From: a phage
Direction: 5' to 3' (one strand)
Sequence record: PZ452610.1
DNA: 64,000 nt
The position numbers were made by a program, and so were the translations under genes. Position 1 is the first letter of the stretch, and each line of letters starts with the position of its first letter. Below the pieces are notes generated by a model. The model was given only the letters and a program-made list of their open reading frames with translations, was not told the DNA's origin and made no database searches. Shown one piece after another: positions 42,775 to 52,804 of the stretch.

Positions 42775-43773
42775 TTATGATACTAATTCAATCCATGCAG
42801 GACGCAGAACATCTTGCACCATTCGGACTAATTCTTTCTTAACAAGATTCGGATTATCGGATGATGTTAATACAATACCTTCACGAGAAGTTTCTTCCAG
42901 AATATCTTGAACAGTCAATCCCATCACTTTGCCAAAATCTTTTGGCGTTACAGTCCCAATCTTAGAAATCACATTATTAACACGGTTTAATGTAACATAA
43001 CAAGCTAGGACATCAAGCAAGTTTTTGTCAATTTCGGTTAATGGAACCTGAGTTTTAATAGGCTTATCAGACTTTTTCTTTTCACTGAATTTAGAGTTCT
43101 TACACTTAATAGCTACACGAGTACCGTTTGGCAGCCATTTAGGGAAACAAGGCTTCAGAACATAACCTTCTGCTGTATTATCACCAATAACATTAGCATC
43201 AAATACGCAATTATTTGCTTCGACAAGGTCTTCTGACGCAGTAGCATTATAAGCGGCTAAGACGGAATCAAGGTCGTTTGGAATCATGATAAGAGCATCA
43301 AATGTGCCACGACCAAGCATTGGTGCCATTTTAAAACCGAATTCATTACAGAAATCTTGCATTTCGTAATCAGTCAAATACGTATTATCACCACTTTCTG
43401 TATTGATAATGATATCGAACACATAAAAATCTTTTTCACCGTAGTCAACACCTTTCTGGATTCCACCACCAGCGAATTCACCGAATACTTGATATGATAC
43501 GGCTCGAGCTGTGTACATGAATTCCTGAACGGCTTTAATAGCTTTATCATACTTCTTGAGTACGATTTCATAACCATAAAAATCTTCTGCTGGAAGAATA
43601 GGGCCTGTGCGCTTGGCGCATGTGACGTTGTCACGTTCAATAATTAAACTAAAGTTGGTCCCATGGATTTTCTCACGTGCTACCCAAACACCAGTAGTCA
43701 AACCATTAGTGTAGAGTTTTTCAATAAACTTAGAGTTGTAGTGGTTTTCAAGACTGCTGTATTTCTTAAACAT
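42775..43773 (-). CDS. rnlB: RNA ligase 2 (RnlB)
   Basis: 332 aa; N-terminus [21 protein letters not shown] and KIHGTN ligase motif I. Confidence 0.93.
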   Translation of the reverse strand: MFKKYSSLENHYNSKFIEKLYTNGLTTGVWVAREKIHGTNFSLIIERDNVTCAKRTGPILPAEDFYGYEIVLKKYDKAIKAVQEFMYTARAVSYQVFGEFAGGGIQKGVDYGEKDFYVFDIIINTESGDNTYLTDYEMQDFCNEFGFKMAPMLGRGTFDALIMIPNDLDSVLAAYNATASEDLVEANNCVFDANVIGDNTAEGYVLKPCFPKWLPNGTRVAIKCKNSKFSEKKKSDKPIKTQVPLTEIDKNLLDVLACYVTLNRVNNVISKIGTVTPKDFGKVMGLTVQDILEETSREGIVLTSSDNPNLVKKELVRMVQDVLRPAWIELVS

Positions 43774-43892
43774 AAATCACCATTATAAATAATAATATCA
43801 AAATAATTAGCAGAGACTCTGTCTCCGACCCGATGTTTAATTTGAATGGATAGAACCTAGATTCATTATACCATCAAAAAATGTAAAGCATA

Positions 43893-44144
43893 TTAGAACT
43901 TGATTTCTATCCAATGCCCATCACGTTGGTCATGATTAATTTTGTACTGAAAGCCGTTATCACGAAGCCATTGACCGACTTGCTCGGTGATAGTTAAATC
44001 ATTCTTTGATGGATAGTACGTGAATTGTGTCTGGCCTTTGTCAGCGGCTTTCTCTGCCATCACAGAGAAGTTAGTAATAAAATCACTCAACAAATTGGCT
44101 TTAGTGGCCAGAGCCCTTTCTCTTAATTCCTGTGCAAAACTCAT
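43893..44144 (-). CDS. hypothetical protein (24.3-like position)
   Basis: 83 aa ORF between rnlB and hoc. Confidence 0.55.
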   Translation of the reverse strand: MSFAQELRERALATKANLLSDFITNFSVMAEKAADKGQTQFTYYPSKNDLTITEQVGQWLRDNGFQYKINHDQRDGHWIEIKF

Positions 44145-44335
44145 TTCTTCACCTTTTTGTTAATCAAACGTTTACGGTATACAACTTTTTCTTTTGCTTT
44201 AAACTTTGACCGAGCTGTCTCGGCTTTAGTCCATAGTAATCCAACTTCTTTAGGTTGTAAACCGATTTTTTGAGCAATTTCTACGAATGAAAATCCCGCC
44301 TCATGTAATGTATAAACTTCAACTTCAGCTCTCAT
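44141..44335 (-). CDS. hypothetical small basic protein, possible HTH
   Basis: Track start is TTG at 44341; preferred ATG 44335; segment FSFVEIAQKIGLQPKEV and basic tail. Confidence 0.5.
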   Translation of the reverse strand: MRAEVEVYTLHEAGFSFVEIAQKIGLQPKEVGLLWTKAETARSKFKAKEKVVYRKRLINKKVKK

Positions 44336-44436
44336 AATCAATCCAGTATTATTTGGTTTGTGCCATTATATACATCAATCTCAAGATGTGTTTTGTATGC
44401 TTTAAAAACGAAGAAAGGGGCCGAAGCCCCTTACGA

Positions 44437-45852
44437 TTATGGATATGTATAGATGATACCAGTTTCTAAAGCAGTTTTATGGATGATGTATCCATTACGT
44501 GATTCTTGAACATCAACTTCTGGATAGTCTTTCATCATCTTCTGAAGAGTGTAACGATGCAGGTAGTATTTACTATCTGGATCGTCAATTTTCCAATCTT
44601 TACCTTCTTCAGTCATTTTTTGTATTTCATCCATAACCCACCAACCGCACCAGATGTAAGCTGAAGTACGATGTGGAAGAGGATGAACATAAGGTAATTC
44701 ACCTTCTGGTTCAATTGGAGTCCGTTCAGCAATAACAACTTCAGCGGTTGAACTAATTGTCTTTGAAGTATAATTATCTTTAGTTAATACTGCTTCAACT
44801 TTAATTGTATGAGTACCCGCTGAGGAGGTATCAATACTGTAAGTATTGGTAGAATTACTTTCTGCTACGTTGTCTTTCTTCCAAGAATATACAATATTAG
44901 TATCACCTGGAGCACCAGTAACAGATGCTGTTAAAGTTGCAGTTCCACCAACAGTAGTATTAACTGATGGCGGAGATAAAGAAATGGTGGCACTATTAAA
45001 TGTCGCATTATTAGTTACTACTGTTGCTTCTGCTGAAATTTCTTTTGTAACATAATCTGTTGCAGAAACAGATACGGTGCATTTAAGAGTTTTACTTCCG
45101 ACCTCGGTTGGAGTGAATTTATACGTAGCAGAAGTTGCATCCGGAATATTACTGTCATCCATTGACCACTGGAATGATGTAGTAGCACCTGGAGGTGCAC
45201 TAGAGACATTTGCAGTTAAAGTAATAGGAACACCAAAGACCGTAGTCGGAGACTCAGGCGTAATTTTTAGTGTTGAAGAATTAGCCTTTTTATTTACAGT
45301 CAAAGAAACCGCTGATGATTCTACTGTTTTATCAACGTAATCAGTTGCAGTCACTGTGACAGAACAAGTTATAGACTTAGTTCCTTCGGATGTTGGTATA
45401 TATTCAAAGGTTGATTGCTTTTGACCATCAACAGCGACCCCGTCAACTTTCCATGTATAAGCAATAGCAGCACCACTAGGTTGATTGCTTACATTAGCAG
45501 TGAATGTTGTTGCTGTTCCAATTTCTACTGCCGCCGGAGAAGCCGGAGTAACAGCGACGGTAGAATTATTTTCTTTCTTATTAACAGTGATAGTTGTTGA
45601 CGCTTCAGCTATTTCCGGATCTCCTGCGGAAAGTGTATTAGTTGCAACCACTTTAATTTTTTTTGTTCCTGCTGGAGAAGCAAGAGTATAATCCATTGTA
45701 GCAGCCGTAGAATCCTGTGCTATATCATCTACAGTCCAGACGTATGTAATAGTACCATCCGGAGTTTCACCTGCAGGTGTAGCAGTGAATGTTTGTGAAC
45801 CTCCAATAACCCCTGTAGGAGTTATTGGAGATAACGTGACAGTGAATGTCAT
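44437..45852 (-). CDS. hoc: Hoc highly immunogenic outer capsid protein (Ig-like repeats)
   Basis: 471 aa; repeated ~90 aa Ig-like modules plus C-terminal capsid-binding domain (GELPYVHPLPHRTSAYIWCGWW). Confidence 0.9.
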   Translation of the reverse strand: MTFTVTLSPITPTGVIGGSQTFTATPAGETPDGTITYVWTVDDIAQDSTAATMDYTLASPAGTKKIKVVATNTLSAGDPEIAEASTTITVNKKENNSTVAVTPASPAAVEIGTATTFTANVSNQPSGAAIAYTWKVDGVAVDGQKQSTFEYIPTSEGTKSITCSVTVTATDYVDKTVESSAVSLTVNKKANSSTLKITPESPTTVFGVPITLTANVSSAPPGATTSFQWSMDDSNIPDATSATYKFTPTEVGSKTLKCTVSVSATDYVTKEISAEATVVTNNATFNSATISLSPPSVNTTVGGTATLTASVTGAPGDTNIVYSWKKDNVAESNSTNTYSIDTSSAGTHTIKVEAVLTKDNYTSKTISSTAEVVIAERTPIEPEGELPYVHPLPHRTSAYIWCGWWVMDEIQKMTEEGKDWKIDDPDSKYYLHRYTLQKMMKDYPEVDVQESRNGYIIHKTALETGIIYTYP

Positions 45853-45861
45853 AAGTTATCC

Positions 45862-46530
45862 TTATTTTAATGTTATGAAAGAAGAATTACGAGTTTCACG
45901 AATTAGAACTGATCCGTCGCGATTAATATAATAAATTAAGCTAAATAATGTTTGGTGAGCAGAAGCATGTACAAAACTAGTTGGGCGAGATTTCCAATCT
46001 GGGGTTTCGGCTATCCATTGATAAATCCACCAAGGAACAGTAACATACCCTGGGCCTTTGCCTAATTTAATGAGTGTAGGACTAAAATTTTCAGGCAGAA
46101 CAAATTTTACTTCTTTATTTACCTCTGACTCAGGCTCTTTTTCAGATTCAACAACCTGAGTAATTGCTTCTTCGAATTTATCATGGTCGAATTCTTTTTC
46201 TTGTTCGACAACTTCTAATACTTCAACTTGTTCTGTTGGAGAATCAAACAACAGAATAGCTTCTTCTTTAACTTCTTCGTTGGTGAAATTAACACCATCC
46301 ACATCATCTGCGGCAGTAATTAAATCAGTGATAGATAATCCATCAGTTTCAGGTAATGGTTCATCAGCCAGTGCGTTAAGAGCTTCTTCGATATCAATAA
46401 CAATATTATCGAATGATTTTGTTTTCTTAACACTAATGCCAAATTGTTTCGCATATTCGAACAGTTTAGCTTTGGCTTCCTTTTTATCAGAAAGAGCACG
46501 TAACTCTTCAATATAGTCTTTATCGATCAT
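45862..46530 (-). CDS. inh: Inh inhibitor of prohead protease
   Basis: 222 aa acidic protein between hoc and uvsW (T4 226). Confidence 0.8.
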   Translation of the reverse strand: MIDKDYIEELRALSDKKEAKAKLFEYAKQFGISVKKTKSFDNIVIDIEEALNALADEPLPETDGLSITDLITAADDVDGVNFTNEEVKEEAILLFDSPTEQVEVLEVVEQEKEFDHDKFEEAITQVVESEKEPESEVNKEVKFVLPENFSPTLIKLGKGPGYVTVPWWIYQWIAETPDWKSRPTSFVHASAHQTLFSLIYYINRDGSVLIRETRNSSFITLK

Positions 46531-46543
46531 GGTATTTCCTCAT

Positions 46544-46551
46544 TATAAATA
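46544..46551 (+). promoter_or_regulatory. late promoter TATAAATA (uvsW)
   Basis: Exact TATAAATA 30 nt upstream of uvsW ATG. Confidence 0.55.
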
Positions 46552-46580
46552 TAACTATATTTATTACATGGTAATTTGAC

Positions 46581-48095
46581 ATGACTGACATTAAAGTACA
46601 TTTTTATGATTTTAGTCACGTGCGCATTGAATGCGACGAAAGTACGTTTTATGAACTTCGTGACTTTTTTAGCTTTGAAGCTGACGGGTATAAATTTAAC
46701 CCAAAATATCGCTATGGGCAATGGGATGGTAGAATTCGACTTTTAGATTACAATCGTTTGTTACCATATGGACTTGTAGGACAAATAAAAAAGTTCTGTA
46801 ACAATATGAGTTATTCTGTATGGATTGACCCTAAAATCTTTGAGACTGAAGACCTTACCAGGGAAGATTTTGACGCATGGCTTTCTAAACAAGAAATTTA
46901 TTCGGGCAACACCAAAATCGAACCACATTGGTATCAAAAAGATGCAGTATATGAAGGACTAGTTAATCGTCGTCGAATTTTAAACCTTCCGACATCAGCA
47001 GGTAAATCACTAATCCAAGCACTTTTAGCTCGGTATTATTTAGAGAACTATGAAGGTAAAATTCTCATTATCGTCCCTACAACAGCATTGACAACCCAAA
47101 TGGCTAATGATTTTGTTGATTATCGCTTGTTTAGTCATTCGATGATTAAGAAAATTGGCGGTGGTGCTGATAAAGCGGACAAATCTAAAAACGACGCTCC
47201 AATTATTGTTGGCACATGGCAAACGGTAGTTAAGCAGCCTAAAGAATGGTTCTCTCAGTTCGGTATGATGATGAACGATGAATGCCACTTAGCAACAGGC
47301 AAAAGTATTTCTTCAATCATCGCAGGATTAAATAATTGCATGTTTAAATTCGGTTTATCCGGCTCATTAAGAGACGGAAAAGCCAATGTAATGCAGTACG
47401 TAGGTATGTTCGGCGAAATCTTCCGTCCTGTTAGCACGTCTAAATTAATGGAAGACGGACAGGTAACTGAGCTTAAGATTAATAGTATTTTCCTTCGTTA
47501 TCCGGACGAATTCACCGTTAAATTAAAAGGTAAAACATACCAAGAAGAAGTTAAAATTATTACCGGACTAAAACGTCGTACAAAGTGGATTGCTCAACTT
47601 TCGGTCAAATTGGCTAAGAAAGACGAGAACGCCTTTGTAATGTTTAAACACGTTACACACGGTAAAGAAATATTTGAAGCTATTAAAGAGCTTGGATACG
47701 AAAAAGTTTATTACGTATCAGGTGAAGTTGATACTGAAACACGTAACGCGCTTAAAGTCATGGCAGAAAATGGTAAAGGCATTATTATTGTCGCATCATA
47801 TGGAGTATTCTCTACTGGTATTTCAGTCAAGAATCTTCATCATGTTATTTTTGCTCATGGTGTTAAATCAAAAATTATCGTACTTCAAACCGTAGGTCGT
47901 GTGCTTCGCAAGCATGGTTCTAAAGCTGTTGCTACAGTTTGGGATCTCATCGACGATGCAGGTGTAAAACCTAAATCATTAAATACTAAAAAGAAGTATA
48001 CTCATCTTAATTACTTGTTAAAACACGGTATTGATCGTATCCAACGTTACGCTGATGAGAAATTTAACTATGTAATGAAAACAATTAATTTATAA
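46581..48095 (+). CDS. uvsW: UvsW SF2 DNA/RNA helicase
   Basis: 504 aa; DECH box (MMNDECHLATGK) and helicase motifs. Confidence 0.93.
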   Translation: MTDIKVHFYDFSHVRIECDESTFYELRDFFSFEADGYKFNPKYRYGQWDGRIRLLDYNRLLPYGLVGQIKKFCNNMSYSVWIDPKIFETEDLTREDFDAWLSKQEIYSGNTKIEPHWYQKDAVYEGLVNRRRILNLPTSAGKSLIQALLARYYLENYEGKILIIVPTTALTTQMANDFVDYRLFSHSMIKKIGGGADKADKSKNDAPIIVGTWQTVVKQPKEWFSQFGMMMNDECHLATGKSISSIIAGLNNCMFKFGLSGSLRDGKANVMQYVGMFGEIFRPVSTSKLMEDGQVTELKINSIFLRYPDEFTVKLKGKTYQEEVKIITGLKRRTKWIAQLSVKLAKKDENAFVMFKHVTHGKEIFEAIKELGYEKVYYVSGEVDTETRNALKVMAENGKGIIIVASYGVFSTGISVKNLHHVIFAHGVKSKIIVLQTVGRVLRKHGSKAVATVWDLIDDAGVKPKSLNTKKKYTHLNYLLKHGIDRIQRYADEKFNYVMKTINL

Positions 48096-48120
48096 GGGCT
48101 TCGGCCCTTAGGAGATAAAA

Positions 48121-48351
48121 ATGGTACTTGAATTTAAACAATTTTTATACGAAGCATCTATTGACGAATTCATGGGTAAAATTGCTAGTTGTCATACCCT
48201 AGAAGGGCTTGAAGAATTGGAAGCTTATTATAAGAAACGTATAAAAGAAACGGAATTAAAAGATACAGATGATATTTCTGTCAGGGATGCCTTAGCAGGT
48301 AAGCGTGCCGAACTTGAAGGCGATGATGAGGATGTGGAAGAAGACTTCTAA
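48121..48351 (+). CDS. uvsW.1: UvsW.1 small acidic protein
   Basis: 76 aa directly downstream of uvsW, as in T4. Confidence 0.8.
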   Translation: MVLEFKQFLYEASIDEFMGKIASCHTLEGLEELEAYYKKRIKETELKDTDDISVRDALAGKRAELEGDDEDVEEDF

Positions 48352-48353
48352 TT

Positions 48354-48390
48354 AAAAAAAAAGGCCCGACCTTTTTGGAAGGGCCAAAAA
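48354..48390 (-). terminator. rho-independent terminator
   Basis: GGCCC...GGGCC hairpin with T9 on minus strand (A9 on plus). Confidence 0.6.
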
Positions 48391-48411
48391 CCATAGGCAA
48401 AAAAGGTAACA

Positions 48412-48579
48412 CTATAGTAAAAGTTGGGTTTCGTTCAATTGCTCTTCTGAACTTTCTGAAACCGGCAATTGTTGGACATAATTATAACAAGGACCAGGAT
48501 GTGCTGGACCTTTGTCTGTTTCAACAACCAATGCAGAATCGATTGGAGTTTTACAGACAACACAAATCTTATCTGACAT
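48412..48579 (-). CDS. uvsY.-2: UvsY.-2 small Cys-rich protein
   Basis: 55 aa MSDKICVVCKTP...PGPCYNY with GGAGG RBS; plus-strand ORF 48375..48581 is its shadow. Confidence 0.7.
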   Translation of the reverse strand: MSDKICVVCKTPIDSALVVETDKGPAHPGPCYNYVQQLPVSESSEEQLNETQLLL

Positions 48580-48611
48580 GATTGCCTCCTAAGTTGAAAT
48601 TACATATCTAT

Positions 48612-48836
48612 TTATACAACTCTCATATGCATATCAATGCCCATATCTTTAGAATAAAAATATTCATCAAGATATCCGGCAAATTTTCCTTTAATATAAA
48701 GGACGTCTTCACCACACGGGTGGTCTGCCAGGATACGAATATCCTGACGACGTAGACGATACTTTTCCATTAAGAATTTAATTTCAGTTTCAAATTCTTC
48801 GTCATTATTAAAGGCATCTTCAATTGAATAACGCAT
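48612..48836 (-). CDS. uvsY.-1: UvsY.-1
   Basis: 74 aa downstream of uvsY, T4 synteny. Confidence 0.75.
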   Translation of the reverse strand: MRYSIEDAFNNDEEFETEIKFLMEKYRLRRQDIRILADHPCGEDVLYIKGKFAGYLDEYFYSKDMGIDMHMRVV

Positions 48837-49249
48837 TATTGCCCCGCTTCAAATTCTCGCATATCCTGGATATGTTTAAGTGCAAAACTACGAGACTTAA
48901 CCGCGTCAAGTGCACCACTACAGAACTCAAGTAAAATTCCCCAGTATTGTAAAGTAGTCTCTATTTTAAGCACATCTTTATCTGCAGCCAGGACAGTTTT
49001 CATTTCAGATTTCTCATATCGGTCCATACTGAATTCATCACCGTCACCTCGTCCCGAGTAGTAGTCTAATCTTGCTTTTAGAGCAGTTTTCTTCTGAGTC
49101 TCTATACGCAACATTTCTTTACGAATAAATGAGTGCTTACGTAGCCATTTGCTGTATAACTTAACATTATTCGCCGTCTCATATTGCAACTTTGTCGTAT
49201 CAATAGCTAAGTCTGCGTCTAACTCTTCCTGTAAATCTTCCAGCTTCAT
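48836..49249 (-). CDS. uvsY: UvsY recombination mediator
   Basis: Preferred ATG 49249 (MKLEDLQEEL...) gives 137 aa as T4 UvsY; track ORF has 27-aa extension. Confidence 0.9.
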   Translation of the reverse strand: MKLEDLQEELDADLAIDTTKLQYETANNVKLYSKWLRKHSFIRKEMLRIETQKKTALKARLDYYSGRGDGDEFSMDRYEKSEMKTVLAADKDVLKIETTLQYWGILLEFCSGALDAVKSRSFALKHIQDMREFEAGQ

Positions 49250-49304
49250 AATATTCTCTCTTTTAACTAATAATCTCCCGGCTGTATCGGAAGGACCTAA
49301 AACC

Positions 49305-49330
49305 ATTATACATAGGTTGCCTTGAAGCAT
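49305..49330 (-). promoter_or_regulatory. T4 middle-type promoter (MotA box ATGCTTCA + TATAAT) for uvsY
   Basis: minus-sense aTGCTTcA, 12-nt spacer, TATAAT; MotA box overlaps gp25 stop. Confidence 0.5.
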
Positions 49331-49728
49331 TACACTCTATTGCTTGACGCTAACTGAAGTTTAATTTGTTCAATATCGTCAGGGTTGTCTACGACCGAAA
49401 ATCTAATCTCTACTATAACCGTATAGTCATCATATACTGGCGTTACACTTACAGAAAGTTTGTCGATGCGTGGCTCATAGTTACGAACAGCTGCCTGGAT
49501 ATTACGCTCAATCGTATCGGCTGTAAGTGGTGTCATGTTCTCGAAAAGTTCATCGACCAAATCACATCCAAATTCAGGGTCGAAGGGGCGTGAGCCTTTT
49601 CTAGTTGTCACTATGCCAAGAAGACTATTTTTAATAGAACGAAGTCCTACAGAACGAGCAACGTCCTTGTTCCAATCCATACGCATTTCTGGGTCGATAT
49701 CTGAATAAAGTTTATTGATATTAGACAT
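49330..49728 (-). CDS. 25: gp25 baseplate wedge subunit
   Basis: 132 aa as in T4. Confidence 0.9.
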   Translation of the reverse strand: MSNINKLYSDIDPEMRMDWNKDVARSVGLRSIKNSLLGIVTTRKGSRPFDPEFGCDLVDELFENMTPLTADTIERNIQAAVRNYEPRIDKLSVSVTPVYDDYTVIVEIRFSVVDNPDDIEQIKLQLASSNRV

Positions 49729-50354
49729 TATAGTAACTCAAAGAATTCTTTGAGGCCTCGTATTGTGTGAACGTGTGACGCCCCACATTTGGGACATTTA
49801 ATAGGGGTTGCTAGATAAATTGATGGTGATACTAAAAGATTTTTAATATTGATCATGTCATCTTCCGTTATAAGGCCATAAAGGTCGTTTATTTCTGCTT
49901 CAGTTAAATCTTCAACAGGGATGGACTCTCCATTGACAAAAACGGCCTCAATACATGAAGCAATCATTAATGCGATATTTTTATCGTCAAATAATTTAGG
50001 TTGACGGAACTTAATTTTAATACCGCTGAACGAATACCAGGGATCGGCCTGTTCATCTAATTGAGTGTGCAATAAATTCATATAGACTTGAAATGAATGC
50101 CCACAGGAACAATTCCAGGTGTGTTCTTGATTCACTTCACCTAATGAATGTGCCCACAGATTTACCAACAATAACTCGGCTTCTTGTTTAGTCAAGTTTT
50201 TAGCATTAGAGCAATTAGTGATAATATTGTTCACTGCTGATTCAATAGTACCGGTAGCCCGCGCACCTATGAGTCCTAAATATTCTTTTAAAGTAAAGGC
50301 TCTACAATTCACTTCTTTATCGCCTAAACGTACGGTAAACGTATATTTGTACAT
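49728..50354 (-). CDS. 26: gp26 baseplate hub subunit
   Basis: 208 aa as in T4. Confidence 0.9.
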   Translation of the reverse strand: MYKYTFTVRLGDKEVNCRAFTLKEYLGLIGARATGTIESAVNNIITNCSNAKNLTKQEAELLLVNLWAHSLGEVNQEHTWNCSCGHSFQVYMNLLHTQLDEQADPWYSFSGIKIKFRQPKLFDDKNIALMIASCIEAVFVNGESIPVEDLTEAEINDLYGLITEDDMINIKNLLVSPSIYLATPIKCPKCGASHVHTIRGLKEFFELL

Positions 50355-50372
50355 GTTAACTCCTTTATTGTG

Positions 50373-50384
50373 TATTTATAAATA
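50373..50384. promoter_or_regulatory. overlapping divergent late promoters (TATTTATAAATA) for genes 26 and 51
   Basis: Palindromic 12-mer reads TATAAATA on both strands, ~19 nt from each start codon. Confidence 0.6.
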
Positions 50385-50401
50385 ATAGAAAAGGAGTAAT
50401 T

Positions 50402-51154
50402 ATGGCTAATATAATTCGTTGTAAATTACCGGATGGTGTTCATCGTTTTAAGCCGTTCACTGTGGCGGATTATAGAGACTTTTTACTAGTTAGAAATGAT
50501 ATCGAACATCGTTCGCCGCAAGAACAAAAAGAAATAATTGCCGATCTGATTGATGATTATTTTGGCGAGTACCCTAAAACATGGCAACCATTTATATTCC
50601 TGCAAGTTTTTGCAGGCTCTATAGGCAAAACAAAAGTTCCCGTTATTTTCACTTGCCCTAAATGCTCTAAAGAAAAAACTGCACCATTTGAGATATATCA
50701 AAAAGAACTAGTCGAACCTGAACTTGATGTTGCTGGTATAAAAATACGTTTTTCTTTCCCTGAAAAGTTTTATGACAATAAAGCATTAATGATAAGTGAA
50801 AACATAAAAGAAATATATTATAATGATGAATGGTACCCATGGAATGATTTGACTGAAGAGAACCAAATCCAAGTAATAGAAGCAATAGACATTGACTCGC
50901 TCGAGAAGGTTATTGCTTCTATGAATCCTATTAATTTGACCCTTAGATTAGGTTGTTGTGAACGTCATGTTAAAACATACACTGATATCTTAGAGGTTTT
51001 TAAATTGTTAGTTAACCCTGATGAGATTTTTACATTCTATCAGATAAACCATTCACTAGTAAAGAGTCAATACACATTGGATTCTATTATGCAAATGATT
51101 CCTGTTGAACGTGGTATTGCTTTAACATTAGTAGAAAAGGACCATAAAAAATGA
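50402..51154 (+). CDS. 51: gp51 baseplate hub assembly catalyst
   Basis: 250 aa (T4 249). Confidence 0.9.
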   Translation: MANIIRCKLPDGVHRFKPFTVADYRDFLLVRNDIEHRSPQEQKEIIADLIDDYFGEYPKTWQPFIFLQVFAGSIGKTKVPVIFTCPKCSKEKTAPFEIYQKELVEPELDVAGIKIRFSFPEKFYDNKALMISENIKEIYYNDEWYPWNDLTEENQIQVIEAIDIDSLEKVIASMNPINLTLRLGCCERHVKTYTDILEVFKLLVNPDEIFTFYQINHSLVKSQYTLDSIMQMIPVERGIALTLVEKDHKK

Positions 51155-52323
51155 CAGTATTCCAACGTCCAGGATATCCTAACTTAAGCGTTAAATTATA
51201 CCAAGATTATTCTGCTTGGCAAGAAAATAGATACGTTGAACTCGCAGCAACAATAACAACTTTAACCATGCGAGATTCACTATATGGAAGAAATGAAGGG
51301 ATTCTTCAATTTTATGACACTAAAAACATCCACACTAAAATGGATGGTAGACAGATAGTTCAAATCTCTGTTTCAAATTCAAACACACCTCTCCAAGTTA
51401 GAACTCGAATTTACGGATGTAGACATTATTCTGTGTCTGTGGACTCAAAAGGCGACAATATTATTGCAATTGAGCTTGGAACAATACATTCTATAGAGAA
51501 CCTTAAATTTGGGCGTCCATTCTTCCCAGACGCAGGCGAATCTATACGTGAAATGTTAGGTGTCATATACAAAGACCGTACGTTAATTACTCCGCCAATA
51601 AACACTATTAATGCTTATGTTCCTGATATTCCTTGGACAAGCACATTTGATGATTATTTGGCATATGTCAGAGAATTAGGACTTGCTACAGCGAGTGATA
51701 AGTTCGTATTCGTATGGCAAGATATTTTAGGCGTAAACATGATTGACTACGATACTCTTATTGGTCAAGAAGGCATTAAGATGATTGTAGGCGAGCCAAA
51801 TACTGTAGGTCAGTATATTCAAGAGCTTGAGTATCCATTAGTATGGGATTTCACCTGGATGACTAAAGCCAACCAATTTACAAGAGACCCTATTAAAAAC
51901 GCCACAATATTCGCTCATTCATTTTTAGATACATCTATTCCGGTTATTGTTACAGGCGATGGTGATAATGCTATTGTTGTGTCAAGATCCGGCGGATATT
52001 CCGAAATGACCTATCGTAATGGATTTGAAGAAGCAAGTCGTCTTCAGACAATGGCTCAATATGATGGATATGCTAAATGCACTACTACAGGCAATTTTAA
52101 CATAACGCCTGCTACTAAAATTATATTTGTTGACCAAAAGAACCAATTCAAATCCGAATTTTACGTAGATGAAGTTATTCATGAGTTATCAAATAACAAC
52201 TCACAAACTCATCTGTACATGTTTACCAACTCAATGGTGTTAGAACCTGTTAACCCAGTTAAGGTTAAAAATGAACTTAAATCTGATTCTACCTCTAAAG
52301 AAAATAATTCTACCACAGTCTAA
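51151..52323 (+). CDS. 27: gp27 baseplate hub subunit
   Basis: 390 aa (T4 391). Confidence 0.9.
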   Translation: MTVFQRPGYPNLSVKLYQDYSAWQENRYVELAATITTLTMRDSLYGRNEGILQFYDTKNIHTKMDGRQIVQISVSNSNTPLQVRTRIYGCRHYSVSVDSKGDNIIAIELGTIHSIENLKFGRPFFPDAGESIREMLGVIYKDRTLITPPINTINAYVPDIPWTSTFDDYLAYVRELGLATASDKFVFVWQDILGVNMIDYDTLIGQEGIKMIVGEPNTVGQYIQELEYPLVWDFTWMTKANQFTRDPIKNATIFAHSFLDTSIPVIVTGDGDNAIVVSRSGGYSEMTYRNGFEEASRLQTMAQYDGYAKCTTTGNFNITPATKIIFVDQKNQFKSEFYVDEVIHELSNNNSQTHLYMFTNSMVLEPVNPVKVKNELKSDSTSKENNSTTV

Positions 52324-52804
52324 TAAAAAGGTAATGATTCCCAAATTAGGGCTCAAACATTATAATCTTTTAAAGGACGTTAAAGGCCCTGATGAAAACA
52401 TGAAAATCTTAGCTGATTCTATTTGTAAAAATATGAGTCCCGCAGATTTTGATTTTGCATGTCTACACATATTGGAATTTAATAACAAACTTAAGTCTGA
52501 AGTTGAAAAAGACGGATTCACATATAAGCTAGATGACGTCTATGTATGCCAACGAACAGAATTCCAATTCCAAGGCAATACTTTTTATTTTAGACCTCCA
52601 GGCAAATTTGAACAATTCGCTACAATCAGTGAAATGCTATCAAATTGCTTAATAAAAGTTAATGACGAAGAGAAAGAAATTTCTTTCCTTGAGATGCCTG
52701 CTTTTGTAATCAAATGGGCAGAAGACCTTTCGACAACTATTGCTATTCCAGGCCCTAATGGTCCTATTAAGGGTATAGCAGAAATTATTGGATTGCTTGA
52801 ATGA
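52271..52804 (+). CDS. 28: gp28 baseplate hub distal subunit
   Basis: 177 aa as in T4; overlaps 3' end of gene 27. Confidence 0.85.
   Translation: MNLNLILPLKKIILPQSNKKVMIPKLGLKHYNLLKDVKGPDENMKILADSICKNMSPADFDFACLHILEFNNKLKSEVEKDGFTYKLDDVYVCQRTEFQFQGNTFYFRPPGKFEQFATISEMLSNCLIKVNDEEKEISFLEMPAFVIKWAEDLSTTIAIPGPNGPIKGIAEIIGLLE

Noticed and set aside
48375-48581. Plus-strand 68-aa ORF after uvsW.1
   Set aside because: Opposite strand carries a 55-aa Cys-rich ORF with GGAGG RBS that matches T4 uvsY.-2; the plus ORF is its shadow.
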